Below are positions 51,901-64,000 of a stretch of DNA of 64,000 nt, piece by piece. The position numbers and the translations under genes are program-made. Every line of letters starts with the position of its first letter. Within the stretch, counting starts at the first letter, position 1. The notes below the pieces were generated by a model, which saw nothing but the letters and a program-made list of their open reading frames with translations, was not told the DNA's origin and ran no database searches. The stretch comes from Camelus ferus (lineage: Eukaryota): NCBI RefSeq assembly GCF_009834535.1, contig NC_045697.1, forward strand, positions 70,434,001 through 70,498,000, in the 5' to 3' direction.

Positions 51901-53329
51901 TGATGAGTCCAATAATCCTGAGTGCACCCAGAAAATTTTGTTCTGAAGAAGGCTGAACCCTGGAGCATGTTTTTAAAAGAGTTTTGCCAATCCCATTTAT
52001 TAATTGTTTCACTGGTCTTAAGCTTAAAATGTAGGTCATCTGGAAGGCCAGGAGTTGGGTTATGGTTCAATCATTTCTTGAGGCCTCCACATTGTTACTG
52101 ATAGGGAATGAAGGCAGCTTTCCAAAAAAAAAGATGGCTATTTGGCCAGCACAGAATCTGCTATCGCTCTTGCTGTGAAGTCATAAATAGCGCATTTCGT
52201 AACTTTAAGCCATGTATCCTTCATTTAGTCACTCGGTTCAGAGAGATTTCAAAATACCTGTAAAGGGCAGTGCATTGTGTACAAAGATGTGGAAGGCAGA
52301 GTCCTGAAACTTGGGTTATAGTTCTTCCTAGTGTGTAGTTTGGTGTGATCAAGACAAAAATCAAATATAAAAATACTGAGGACCAAGAAAAGGAAACCAC
52401 AACCGAAGGCACTAAGGAGGCTCCCTGGAGAGGATGGCATTTGAATCAGTCTTCCTGGATGAGTATAGTTGAAACAGGCATAAAGGGGAGATTGAGGGGA
52501 GAGGGTGGGGGCATTCCCAGAACTAGAAGGAGTAAGTGCAAAGCAGTCAGGATGGGAGGCTGAGAAAAAGTGCTCTGGAAGCTATAGGGTAAGTGTGCAT
52601 TCAGTGATCACAAGCCGGTCTTTGCAGGATTGCTTACAGCTGTTAAGAGCCAGATGTGTTAAGACTATAGATCACCGACAGCTAAGTTCTTTCAACCCTC
52701 TTCTCAGTTCTAAAATATGGGACAGCACATTGGCAAGGTTATGGCACTCTTTTGGAAGGGCAAGATTTTCTTCATAATACTTTTCTAATTTGTACTGAAG
52801 TTTTTCACTTGAAAATCCTTGTCCAGTTGAAAGACTTCATCAGTCTGGAACCCCCGTTCGGAGTTGCTCATGATTATCTGACCCTTACCAAAATTATGAA
52901 GTCAGTAAAGTCACGTTTCAGTGAACCCTCCCCATTTAAAAACCTTCTGCTCAAATTATCTTCTCCCGTTCCTCCTGGATGTTGTGCATTACCAGTATCA
53001 TGACTATTCTGTCCTACAGCTGTGTCTATCTTATTTATCTTTGCATTGTTAAGCTTTGCCACAACTGTTTAAAGAGGAAATTATGTCTTAACTTAAAGGA
53101 CCAATTACTAGGGTGCAATAAGGCAATTTTTTGAAATTTTGGTACATTTTAAAACCTAATTTTGGCAATGTAGCATTCAAGACACTGTACATGAAGCAAA
53201 ATATATGCCCCAAATCCAAATGGAAATCCATCACCCTGCCTGTCCCGTAACTGTAAATATGCCTTTTGGAAGTCATGCATATCACAATAGGCACAATCTT
53301 CAGTAATTGAATTATTTAATCAGAGTGAC

Positions 53330-53520
53330 TACTTATTGAGCATTTATTAAAGATTTCAGGCACTTTATTTGCCATTAAAAAAAAAAAAAGCATTGCTGCC
53401 ATGTTTAATTCTGGCAGCAGCTAAATTATGTGAGATAGGGATTATAATTCTGACCATGTTACAGATGGAGAAACTGAGACTCAGAGAAGTTAAGTCACCT
53501 GCCTATGGTCTAGTGAAGGG
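53330..53520 (-). mobile_element. MIR SINE
   Basis: ttacagatggagaaactgagactcagagaagttaagtcacctgcctatggtc core. Confidence 0.8.
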
Positions 53521-53869
53521 ACGGATGCAGGCTTCTTGAAGACCTGCTTCTTGGAAACGACGTTTGGAAGAATATGACCTTCTTGCTCACCGTGTGGGAA
53601 GCTGAGACAATGCTAGCAAAAAAATTATATTCTTGCATCCCTACTTGAGAAGTGGGATGCTCTGGCTTGCAGAGAGGTAGCTTCCTCCTTTTAAATGAAA
53701 AGACTGCTTTTCCTGTTGGTTGATGTTTTTCAGAGTACCCAGGATAACAGTTAGGTCTACCTTGAGGGGTGATGGATGAGAGAAAAATTTCAAAGGTTTT
53801 GATTTAAAGAGGAGAAAAAAAAAAAAAAAGAAGAAGCAGAATTGTGTTTCCTGACATCTAGATCTTACC

Positions 53870-54210
53870 AGCACTTACTCCACACTTTTTTTTTATAGCA
53901 CTTGCCATATTGTATGTTTTTTTCTTTTTTCTTTTTTTTTTTTTTTAGATTCCACATATGAGTGATATCATATGGTATTTTTCTTTCTCTTTCTGGCTTA
54001 CTTCACTAAGAAAGGCATATGGTATTTAAATTTTTTCAGTTTATGTGTCCTAGCTCCTTCCCCTCACCTCCAGTTAGTGAGCTTCTTAGTGAGTGAGACT
54101 CTTACTTAGTGAGTTAGTGAGACAGGGACCATGTTTTACTCAATTTTGTGTCACCAGACTCCACATGGTCCAAACAATGTCTGAGAAGTAGTAAGTGTTC
54201 AATAAATGCC
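53870..54210. mobile_element. L2 3' end (+) with a short nested L1 fragment (-, ~53915-54010)
   Basis: tagattccacatatgagtgatatcatatggtatttttctttctctttctggcttacttcact (L1); gacagggaccatgttttactc...tagtaagtgttcaataaatg (L2). Confidence 0.7.
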
Positions 54211-56059
54211 CCAAGCATTGGTGGTTGACTTGGCTAGTTGTGTATATTGTCTTTCAAAAAAAAAAAACAAAAAAAAAAAACAGATTTCCCAGGCTTCCCA
54301 AATTCACAAAATTTTTGGCAGTTGAATTATTAGTGAACTTTACATTTTTCAGTACTATCCTTACCTAAAGTCACAAAGATTCCTTCTCATTCTGTTGTTC
54401 CATACTGACCTATGTAATTTTAGGCCACTATGTACGATGAATGGTAAGAGCACCTTAAAAATAAGTTATTATTTTTTTCTAAAGGCAGGTGGAGATGTGG
54501 GATTATTTTAATTGGCATCTTTACTGTAAAATATTTATTTTCCTAATCTATACTTAGGTTGGCTGTATAGTAATTTTATATTTGACTAAGCAGTTTTATA
54601 GAAGATAAGATGGACATTTTTCCCTCAGAGTGCAAATTTGCTGAAGTATGATAAGCTGCTACTTCATCTTTTCCCTTGAAATCTTTTTTTTTCCTATTTC
54701 TAGTCAAGCATTTATTAAATCATTAGGAAGAATATTTAGGTCATCTTTTTAATGTGCATTGACCTAGTTACTTTTTCTTTCTAAGCAGCTGTTTAAACTA
54801 GATTTATTGAGGAAAATGGTTGGTTCAGTCTTGCATTAAGTCACATAGCACAGAACAAAGAGGAACATTTGCAAAGTTCTGCTATGTAGCCCTGCTGCCT
54901 GTTTCCTCCCTTTGGGTGTCTTTGATTCTGCCCTTTCTCTTTGGAAAGCAAGGTCTTGTTGAACCAGGGCTGTACAGGATTACCTTTTTTCATATAGATG
55001 GTCCCATTAAGGAGTGTCTGCCATTGAAAACCTCTTCACTGATATTACATGGTGACGATTCTAGAATCGCCATGTGGCTTGAACCCTTCCCCAAACTGAA
55101 GGGCATATTAACAAAGAACTCGTTAGTGAGTGATGAACATAAACAACAGCCCCACACGTTACTCACTGGGCAGTTTGAAACTGCATGTCTGATGCCCTCA
55201 GTAGTCTCTTTGGAGTTCCATTTTCAGAGACATAAAACAGGACAGTTGTGTAAGTGCAGTCTTGATAAATGGAAACTCTGTATCATTACCTTTGTTTATG
55301 GCAGAAAATCTTCTTTTGCTTTCACATTAATCACAAACTTTCTTCTAGATGATTATACAAGCAATTCTCCAAATTTCTTAGAATAATCCTATTAGAAGTC
55401 TTATTGGTCAGAGAGTATCTCTGTTCTAGATGATGAAATAGTTTTGATGGAATATAAACAAATAGTCCCTTATTCTACTGCCAGGCTTGCTGCAAAATTA
55501 TGGCTGAAATATACAGAGATCTTACAAAAATTTGACTTTGTTGACAGTCTTCCACTGTTTTTGTTTTTATCCAGCCAATTTGAATTTCAGGGAAAACTCA
55601 GCTGAATAAAACATTTCATGTAAATTTTGTTTGCTCTGGTTTACATTTTTACTTCTAATGAGGCACCGATTCTTAAATCAGCCAACTTGAACTAATAATA
55701 CAGCTGAAAGGGGATGTACCCTAAGACAGCCAGCTCTTCCTGTTCTATGGGATTATGCTCTCAAATAGCCTACTTTATTGTTTGTTGAACAAACCTATCT
55801 TCCTTAGTCATGCAGTCTTTGAAAATGGTTCTGGTTTCCTGACAGCACCTTGGGAGTCTAGAGTGAGCTGGGCTTAGACAGAAGACTAAGAATCTAATAA
55901 CTTTCTTCCTCTTATGGAGCATTTTCTCTTCTTTCTCTGTGGCTGCACTTCCCACTGCTGTCCTGTCCCTATTTCTGCTATTTTGGTCACCTGTATGCTG
56001 TGAATAGACTTACTGGTTTTCTCTCCCTCCATTTGAATCTCGCTCTCCATCTGTAAAAG

Positions 56060-56355
56060 CCACAGTCCTCATGTCTACCTTGGGAAATCATACCCATCCT
56101 TCAGGGCTCAACTCACAAGCCATCTTCACTTGAACCCTTTCCCAAACACCCAAGTCTCTTTCTCCCTCTGCACATCTCTAGCATTATTGTTGGTACTGTT
56201 TCTACTGCAGCCATTCCCTCATCATTCTTACCAGGATAATTTGTGCACATCTTCTCTCTCCTCCTAGACTCTGTGCTCCTGGAAAGTGGAAACTGTGTCC
56301 TTGTTTATTCTAGAGAGCACAGTTCGGTCTCTTGTATAAAATAGGAGCTTGACAT
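56060..56355 (+). mobile_element. L2 fragment
   Basis: catacccatccttcagggctcaactc...ctcctagactctgtgctcctggaaagtggaaactgtgtc. Confidence 0.7.
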
Positions 56356-57791
56356 TTCTGGAGTGCATGAGTGCAGATAGTGTCTTTAGGGAATCTGCAT
56401 GCATATTGGCAAATTGCATTCCCTCTGTCTGCATGGCTTTCTTTCACTGCAGATTCAAGAAGTAGCAGACATGACACAGGGGTGCAAGTCCTGGGCTCTG
56501 TCTCTTTTGTGTCTCAGTTAAGCCGGCCAGAAGCTGGCCAACAAGGGCCCTGATAAAAGGAATCCACTTTCAGGACAAGAGACTAGAAAACACAGACAGT
56601 TCGTTTTGATCTCTGTAATGTGTTTATTGGTTTCAGTGCCCATCTCATGGAAAGGAAATATTTATTTTGCTATTCTCCATTTAATACTTGGTATTTTAAA
56701 AATGTGTTTATATAAGAACAGAGCAGAAAAGAAGCTGCTCTTTCTATTTTTTTTTATTAAGATTTGACTGCACTGGAGAGATATTATCATTTGATTTCAC
56801 AGAGGAATACAAATTTTAATTATTAGACTATGAAATGTCCTGAAGCAAAATTTTCTTACAATCTCATTAAATATAACTTCTTTAAGTTCTAAAGTCTAAT
56901 TTAACTAACCAAAGGCAATGTGATTATGTAACTGCAAAATTTAAGCGATTCAGAAGTGTAGTAAAAAAAAAACAAAAAAAAACAAAACCTAAAAATCCAA
57001 ACAGTTCATCCAAAGCAGCAAGTGATAAATGCAAAAACTACTGCAGTCAAAAATGTAATTATAAGCACATCCATAGGAAAATGTGCAGGAAAGTTGCAAT
57101 GTCTAAGATGCTTTTTCAGGGTGAAGTGTATACACTGCTGGGTATGGAGGTTTAATGCTACAAAGGAATTCTCACAGCATCCTTGATCTGGATGCTGGGG
57201 AAGTTACTTTATCAGTAACTCTTGAAGATGTTCTTCATGCCCAGTTCATCCATGCAGAGGGGAGGTAGAACAGAGAGCATTATTACTAGAAAGAGAACTT
57301 CAGGTCTTGGCACGTGACACAAGGCAAACCCAGGATTATAAAGCAGGAAGACAGGGTGTGGTGGTGCAAATTTGAGGCAGTCAACCTCTACAGAGATTCC
57401 TTAAATAGAATGTAACTACGGGGACTTAGGAGCAAGTATGTTAGCAGAGACAACGACAAAGGACCCTGATCAAAGAAAACACTTAGGACATGAGACAAGA
57501 AAATCTGGAACATACAGAGGAGAACCTCAGACAAAATATAAACAGGAAGCTAGACAAGAGAACAGAGACAAGCCCAAGAGCTGCAACTCAGGGTTTTCCC
57601 TTCTTTTGGAGGAGAAAATGAAGTGTGAGAACCTGAATCTGCATCCAGTGTAGATGTTTACATACATTTATACCTAAGGTGATTCCATGATTACTTTTGC
57701 TTTTTTTCAGCACTCTCTAAGTTGTATCTGGAAAGTCTCCATATGGAAAACCATTGTAGGGATGGAACTTGCTGACAATTTGAATTAAGAT

Positions 57792-58155
57792 ACAGAAACA
57801 GACTCACAGACATAGAAAACAAACTTTATAATAGAAACTTGTTGCTTACCTATTTTATATATAGTAGTGTGCATCTGCAAATCTTGACCTCCCGATTTAT
57901 CCCTTCCCACCCCTCCCACCACTGGTAACCATAAGTTTGTTTTCTACGTCTGTGAGTCAGTTTCTGATTCGTAAATAAATTCATTTGTGTCTCTCCTTTT
58001 TTTTTTTAGCTTCTACATATGAGTGATATCATATGGTATTTTTCTTTCTCTTTTCTGGCTTACTTCACTTAGAGTGACAATATCCAGGTCCATCCACATT
58101 GCTGCAAATGGCATTATTTTATTCTTTTTATGGCTGAGTAAAATTCCATTGTATT
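57792..58155 (-). mobile_element. L1 3' UTR fragment with a short inverted piece at its left end
   Basis: 57838-58155 is antisense cetartiodactyl L1 3' UTR; 57793-57829 is the same family in sense orientation. Confidence 0.85.
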
Positions 58156-60649
58156 TATATTTAGTTTTTTAATTATTTATTTTAGAAATCATTTTTAGTT
58201 TTTTTTTTACTTGATTGATGAAAAAAGAATGTGGATACCATATTACATTTATAGCTTCAAAAATTGTATAAGAAATAATCAACTTAAAAGCAATTTCAGG
58301 AAGCTACAGATATGACATATTAACTTATATCGTTTAAGCATTATAAGTTCTTTCCTCATAACATTGGTTAAATAATCTTTACACTTATCTTGGTATCTTT
58401 CACAAATTTAATGTTTATATCACTTAATTCCAAGGAAATACTAGGGGAGTGATCATAGCACACTGACTTATATGGAAACTCATTGTTAATTTTTTTGAGT
58501 GAAGAAGAAGTTTGACTTACCCTTCTGAATGCAACTCAGAACAGGGTCTGAATTTCTTACTTTTAAGCAAATATTCTGAAAAATGAAATCAATGATATGT
58601 CTGTAAACAGTCTGTGAGTTTAGAAATTTGGGCAACAAGAATGACTGCTGTTGAAATATTTTACATGCTATGCTCCTTGATAATGACCTTCCAAATTTAA
58701 GGTTTTGTTTTGTTTTTTTTTCAGCTGTAGGTAGCAATGTAATTCTTTGCATCTCCATATCATATGATAGGCACACATCTCCATGTTCCTAATATAATGT
58801 TTTTAATCTTTTGATATCAGATATACTATTCTGTGAAAAGTGGCCTCTTAGGAAACTTATAAGAAGTTTTTTGGATCTGAAATCATACGTCTGGTGGTAT
58901 TTACCCCAAACTCCAGCAATCTGCTGAAAAGTGAAACATCTCTAAAACCCTTCTGTTTGAGTTGGAAGGGACTTGAGTGATCATCTATACTTTCTAATGT
59001 AAAGACCATTCTCCTCTCCTTGGGGAAAAATAGTGTGAAAGAAAGGCTTCTATCTTCATTCAAACATCTGCTAACATAACACCATCTTCTACAATCGAGG
59101 ATATTTTATTTTCTTGATTCTACCTGCTTTAAATCTAATCTAAAATTTCCCTTTTGCTTTATTTGGTTATTTTGACTTTAGAATGTTAGCTATTGTGACA
59201 TTATTTTCATTCTGTTTTTTTTTTTTAATTTTATTTTTCATTGTGTACATATCTGTCTTTTCATCATTTAAAACAACTTGAGTTTACCAGAGGGCTTCCT
59301 TTGCAACAAACTGGTTTCACTGGGCACATCTTTTTTTTCTTTCTCCAGAACAAAGGGCAAGCTAAAATGGGCTTCCCTGATTTCTGCAAAGCTATACTTA
59401 CTATAGTTGTATCTGGAAACACCTGGACAAAATTTCTTTCTTTTCTTTTCTTTCTTTTTTTTTTTTTCTGGATCATCAGCATGATGCAATTATTAGGAGA
59501 AATCAAGTAAAAAGGTACAGGAATCCATGTTTAGTGCTCCAGCTGCTAGATTCTAGAGATGCCTTTTCTGCTATTTCTGTACTTTCTCAGTGATGGTCAG
59601 AAAGAGATTAGCCTTATAAGATTCAAGTTTTCAAAATACTCCTTTTGAAAATAGTGTAAAAAATGCTTCAAATACACAGAGTTTTTAAACAGTGATTATC
59701 TCTGGTGGCAGCATTATGGGAGATTTTTTCATGTGCTTTTTGCCTCTCTGTGTTTTCTAATTTTTCTTAAAAAAAAAATTGAGGAGTCTCAGTTCTACAA
59801 AAAACCAGTGCATACATTTCACACGTTTATATATCACTGATATTTGTCCTAGTCAAACAGTCATTCTGTTAGCCTTGCTGTCTTTTCCTGTGATTCCTTA
59901 TTCCCAAAACTCAAAGACATCACGAATTTCTCTTCTCTGAGAGCTCTACCCATGGAATACAAAAAGAACCCATGGATACATTCATTCATTTGGCAGTTTG
60001 GTCACTTGTTGTTAATCAAAACTTTTTTTAAATTGAACTGAATTCAATTCAAACTGGTTATTTTTCCAAAGGAATTCTTTAAACAGATTTCCTCTGATGC
60101 GCAAATAAATGTAGCATCCTGTTGTCAGTAGCATTGCTGTCTCATCTGTAATTGCTCAATCTTGAATATCCAAAGTCTTATTTTCAGGGTTGTTTTGGCA
60201 TCGGATGCATCCTAAATAGCTAGAACTGGCCCAGAAAACAGAGTCTGACAGTTTTTATTATTTCTTTTTCCCTTCTACCCTCATGCACTGTCATTCCCCT
60301 CTGTGGGCTGTAAGGAGAGACTCTTTGGAATTAAAAGCATACTCCAGCATTTGCTTTGCTCATATTCTTGTTCAATGCCAGACCTGGACAGTTGCAGAGG
60401 ATGATGTGACTGTGTGGTCTTTGTTGAAATCAATACCTTTTTAAAGATGGAGGAGTGAGTAAATAAGCGACAGAAACCTGCCAATTATGAAATCTGTGCC
60501 CAGGGGTCCAAGATTATGACACTGCTCAATGCGGACTAGGTCCTGCTCCGAATAGTCTGTTGAGAATTGGGTGTGCCCCTTTACAGAGAAAAGACAAATC
60601 ATAACACATTCATGCTGAACCAACACAGCAGCAATGTAGCATTTTCTTG

Positions 60650-60860
60650 AAATTACTACGTTTCAGGCACCTCAGACTTTATGTACATTATATCATTAAG
60701 TGGTAAGTATTGTTATTGCCATTTTTATGGATTAGGAGACTAAAGCTTAGATACTTTTCTTGGTCAAAGTTACACACAGAGAGGGTAGATGTAGGATTAA
60801 AACCCTAGCTTTTCTGAGTTTGATGCCCCAGCTCCAAGCCCCACATGACACTGCTCTACA
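60650..60860 (-). mobile_element. MIR SINE
   Basis: gccatttttatggattaggagactaaagcttag...ggtcaaagttacacac...aggattaaaaccctag. Confidence 0.7.
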
Positions 60861-62299
60861 CAATACCCTGACCAATGAAAGAAATTAGGGCTGTAGTATA
60901 TAGAAAAGGCTGTAGAAACTTTGGGGGAAGATGTGGCGGAAAGAGTAGAGGGAAGAAGAAAACTTGTGGTGGGAGGAATGGAAGCAGCCATCCAGTATAG
61001 TAAGAGTTATAACGTGGAAGAGAGATTCAATTTGTTTTTTGCTTTTATGACTCCAAAGGAGTAAAGGCATTATGAGGTGTAAATCACTGAGCCATAGATC
61101 AAAGGAAGATCTTCCTGGCTCTCAGTGGTATACAGAATAGAGTTGGTTTTGGAAGAAGCGAGATCCCTGTCTCTACAGGTGTTCTATAACTGGCAGAGAG
61201 AGAGTCGGAAATATGCATTAGATGTGTGCTGGGCTATTTTTAAAAGTTCCTTTCAACAGTGAAATATGTGTATAAACACACTTTCTAGACTAGAGAAAGT
61301 TGATCTGGAAACTCATGCATTTTAATAAGATTTACACTTAGAGCTTTTTTTGTTGTTGTTGTTGTTGTTGTAACAATGAGAGAAAGAGTAAACCACATGC
61401 ATTGTCTTCTCAATTTCCTGACTGTCCAGAGGTATTAACTTTTGAGATGTTTGCTATGGTGACTGGGAGTCTGGAGTTGGAGAAACCTAAGTGATTCCTC
61501 CTAAAATAAAGTCTGTTACTCTGATTGCATTTGTTACATGCCCAAGTCCATTATCTATTGGAGCTGCTGGATGGACAGAAAGTGGACAAAAGCTATGTTC
61601 ATACCAAGAGACCCATTCTGAATGCTTGCTCTTTATTATCCTTTCTGAGGTGGAAATAATCCATCACACTGGCAGAGGTGGAAAGAGAAAGTGTTGGCCC
61701 ATCTGTGATGCATTCAAACCTTGAGTAAGCAGTAGTGACTAAGGACATTTCCTTTTAGCAGCCAACTGCCAACTCCCCACATCTTCTTTTTATCTTGAGT
61801 CAGGACTTCCTGATTAGTGTGCCATTTTGCTTTTCGTTTAGAGTGCGTAAATTCAGAAGTTGTGTGAATTGCTCACCAGACAACATAGCAGTGTAAAGAG
61901 TGATGGCTTTTGAAAGCATCTACCATGTTGAACTTGCGAAGACAAAGGCAGGGCTTCCCACAACTGATCTTGACTCAACAACATTGCAGTAACATTGCAG
62001 TGACTCATTTACTCAAAATGATCACTTGAAACACAATGTATTTCCCCCAGAAGCTTCCATGTTACTTCATAATCATAACTAAAGACAAATAATAAGATCC
62101 TGAAGCAGTTTTATTTTCAATACTGCCTGGAATGTATCATAGGGTTGAGAAAAAGGCTATGCAAAGATGATCTCGGGTAAGGGTGGAGCCTCCTCAGAAT
62201 CTGCAAGGAAAAGCAGGGGCAGCATTTAACCCCTCCCAGAGTGAGGCAGATTGACTGCTAACTATTATATAGTCTCCTTCGTCATCTTGTTAATGTTTA

Positions 62300-63070
62300 A
62301 TTTTAATTTTTTCAAAGTATTTATTATACACAATTTTTAAAGTCAACTAATATTACAACTTCTCACCATCTCCTTTTCCACTCCCCAGGTATAATCATTT
62401 TCAACTTTTTTAGCTACTGCATCCAATAATTACCCACATATTTTTAATGGGATGATTAATTACTACTTCATCATGTTTTATGTTTTTTAGATGTTATCTA
62501 TTGACTGTAAAGGATGAAATATCTTGCTTTCTAATACTCCTCTTCACAAAGATATATTTATTCTTCCTGAAAATTTGCAAACTGTCTTTATGGTTAAGCC
62601 CATATTCAGGATTTTCCTTGTTTTGCACTTGTCAATGTTCACTGCTAAGTGTATTTCTTCTGAAAACTTTTATTTTTCCTGTGAGTTCATTGCTTCTTCT
62701 TATTCTGCTTGGCTTTCTTCAAGTTTCTGGTTAGGATTTCCTACATCCTTTAACAGCTCTGTAAAATAACTTTCAATTCTCTTCCGACATGCTTTCTTTC
62801 CCACTTAGCTGCAGTCCTGGGACATATCCTTGCTGTCATTCAAGGAGATCTCTTGTATTACAGCATCTACTCCTTGGATATCATGTCTTGATCTTCTTGG
62901 TTTAATTCTTTTTTTTTTTTTTTTTTTTGATGGGACATAACCTCCAGCAATCTCCTATAAAAGGGGGAAAAAAAGGTGCATATAGGCAACATCTTTGCAG
63001 AACGTGAATGTCTGAAAATGTGTTTATTCCATGCTAATGTTTGATTAATATCGATTTGGATTTGAAAAAC
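62300..63070 (-). mobile_element. Old L1 (L1M) fragments, heavily diverged
   Basis: ccactccccaggtataatcattttcaacttttttagc; acataacctccagcaatctcctataaaaggg...gaatgtctgaaaatgtgtttatt. Confidence 0.5.
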
Positions 63071-64000
63071 ACTTATGCTCTCTATAGGGGAGGACTCATA
63101 GTAAGACTCCATGGTCCCTGACAAAGCTGGCCAGTCTAGTGCACATTTAGGAAGAAAGTGGCCTGAGAACAAATTCAGGGTCTGCTGGCACCAGCTTCTC
63201 TGGATGCCACCAGGACAAATGAATCCATTTTCATTCCTTAGAATCATGGGCATTATTTGAAAATATGCTACAGTGCTGCTGTCTCACCAGGTGATAGTGT
63301 TGTATAGTGTTGTATATCCATTGGTAGGTAACTATCCATCTATTATTAGAAGGAAATGGGCCACATCAGGCCACGGTTTTGTGTGACTCAAGTAGAATAT
63401 GTGCCTTATGCTTAAGAAAAGAATGCACAAGTAGAAAGATTATGTGCTCTAATTCTGAGACTCTTAACCCGAAGTCTTCCGTAGATCATCTGTGGGGGTC
63501 CTTGACTTGGGTGAAAATTTTATTTTGTGTTATTTAGATACCCTAAGCTTCAGTGCCCTAATAATAAAGTGAAACTAATATTAATACCTCCTCATATGGT
63601 GGTTGTGATTGTTAATATTTAGAGAGACCCACAGCACGCAAAGTTAAGAACAATTGAGCTCTAATCCCCCTCTTTCTTCCGTTTAATTGAAGGAAAAACA
63701 GATTCCATAGAGGCTATCTGTCATGTTGATGTGACATGTGCTTTTAGCACAGCTGAGCTCAGCATGCTAGATTTTTGACTCTCTGACTGAAGTCTTCCCA
63801 CATTAGCTTCAGCCAAGGTTATATCTGAGCCTTATCTATCATCATTGCTCACTTATTTTCCAAGGGAAGTTGAGGTGAAAGTTTTTGTCCTGAGATTCAT
63901 TGCCTACAATTAAATGTGGCTGAAAGAGGCCTCTGAAATCAGAAAGTGTCAAGGAAGCAGCATTTATTTCTGCCATTACTCATTCTTACCTGACCATGGG

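Noticed and set aside
54820..55386. 188-aa ORF, the longest outside DDIT4L
   Set aside because: Non-ATG start, no recognisable motif or family, and composition typical of translated non-coding DNA; compatible with chance in 64 kb across six frames.
1..64000. Prokaryote-type systems (CRISPR array, operon, defence island), tRNA/rRNA genes, or a foreign insert
   Set aside because: No regularly spaced repeats, dense ORFs, structural RNA signatures or compositional break apart from the CpG island; the window reads as continuous mammalian DNA.

Overview
Mammalian genomic DNA, AT-rich and repeat-rich, with one CpG island. It is most likely camelid: a degenerate camelid-type tRNA-derived SINE and cetartiodactyl-type L1 3' ends are present, and I saw no Alu, BovB/Bov-tA, PRE-1 or CHR SINEs. 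The only protein-coding gene I can support is DDIT4L (REDD2/RTP801L, an mTORC1 inhibitor) on the minus strand. It has a TATA box at 32391..32386, a non-coding exon 1 (~32360..32189), exon 2 (31888..31749, ATG at 31839) and exon 3 (29882..~27610, stop at 29394..29392). The spliced CDS is 582 nt and encodes an intact 193-aa protein. The rest is intergenic: L1, L2, MIR, hAT-Charlie DNA transposons (Charlie1, MER5A, MER20, MER33), MaLR/ERV LTRs and a collapsed ERV-L provirus relic. Repeat family names are from recalled consensus similarity, not a database search, and repeat boundaries are approximate. I found no convincing new biological system. The items worth a second look are DDIT4L isoform and regulatory features plus several local rearrangement signatures.
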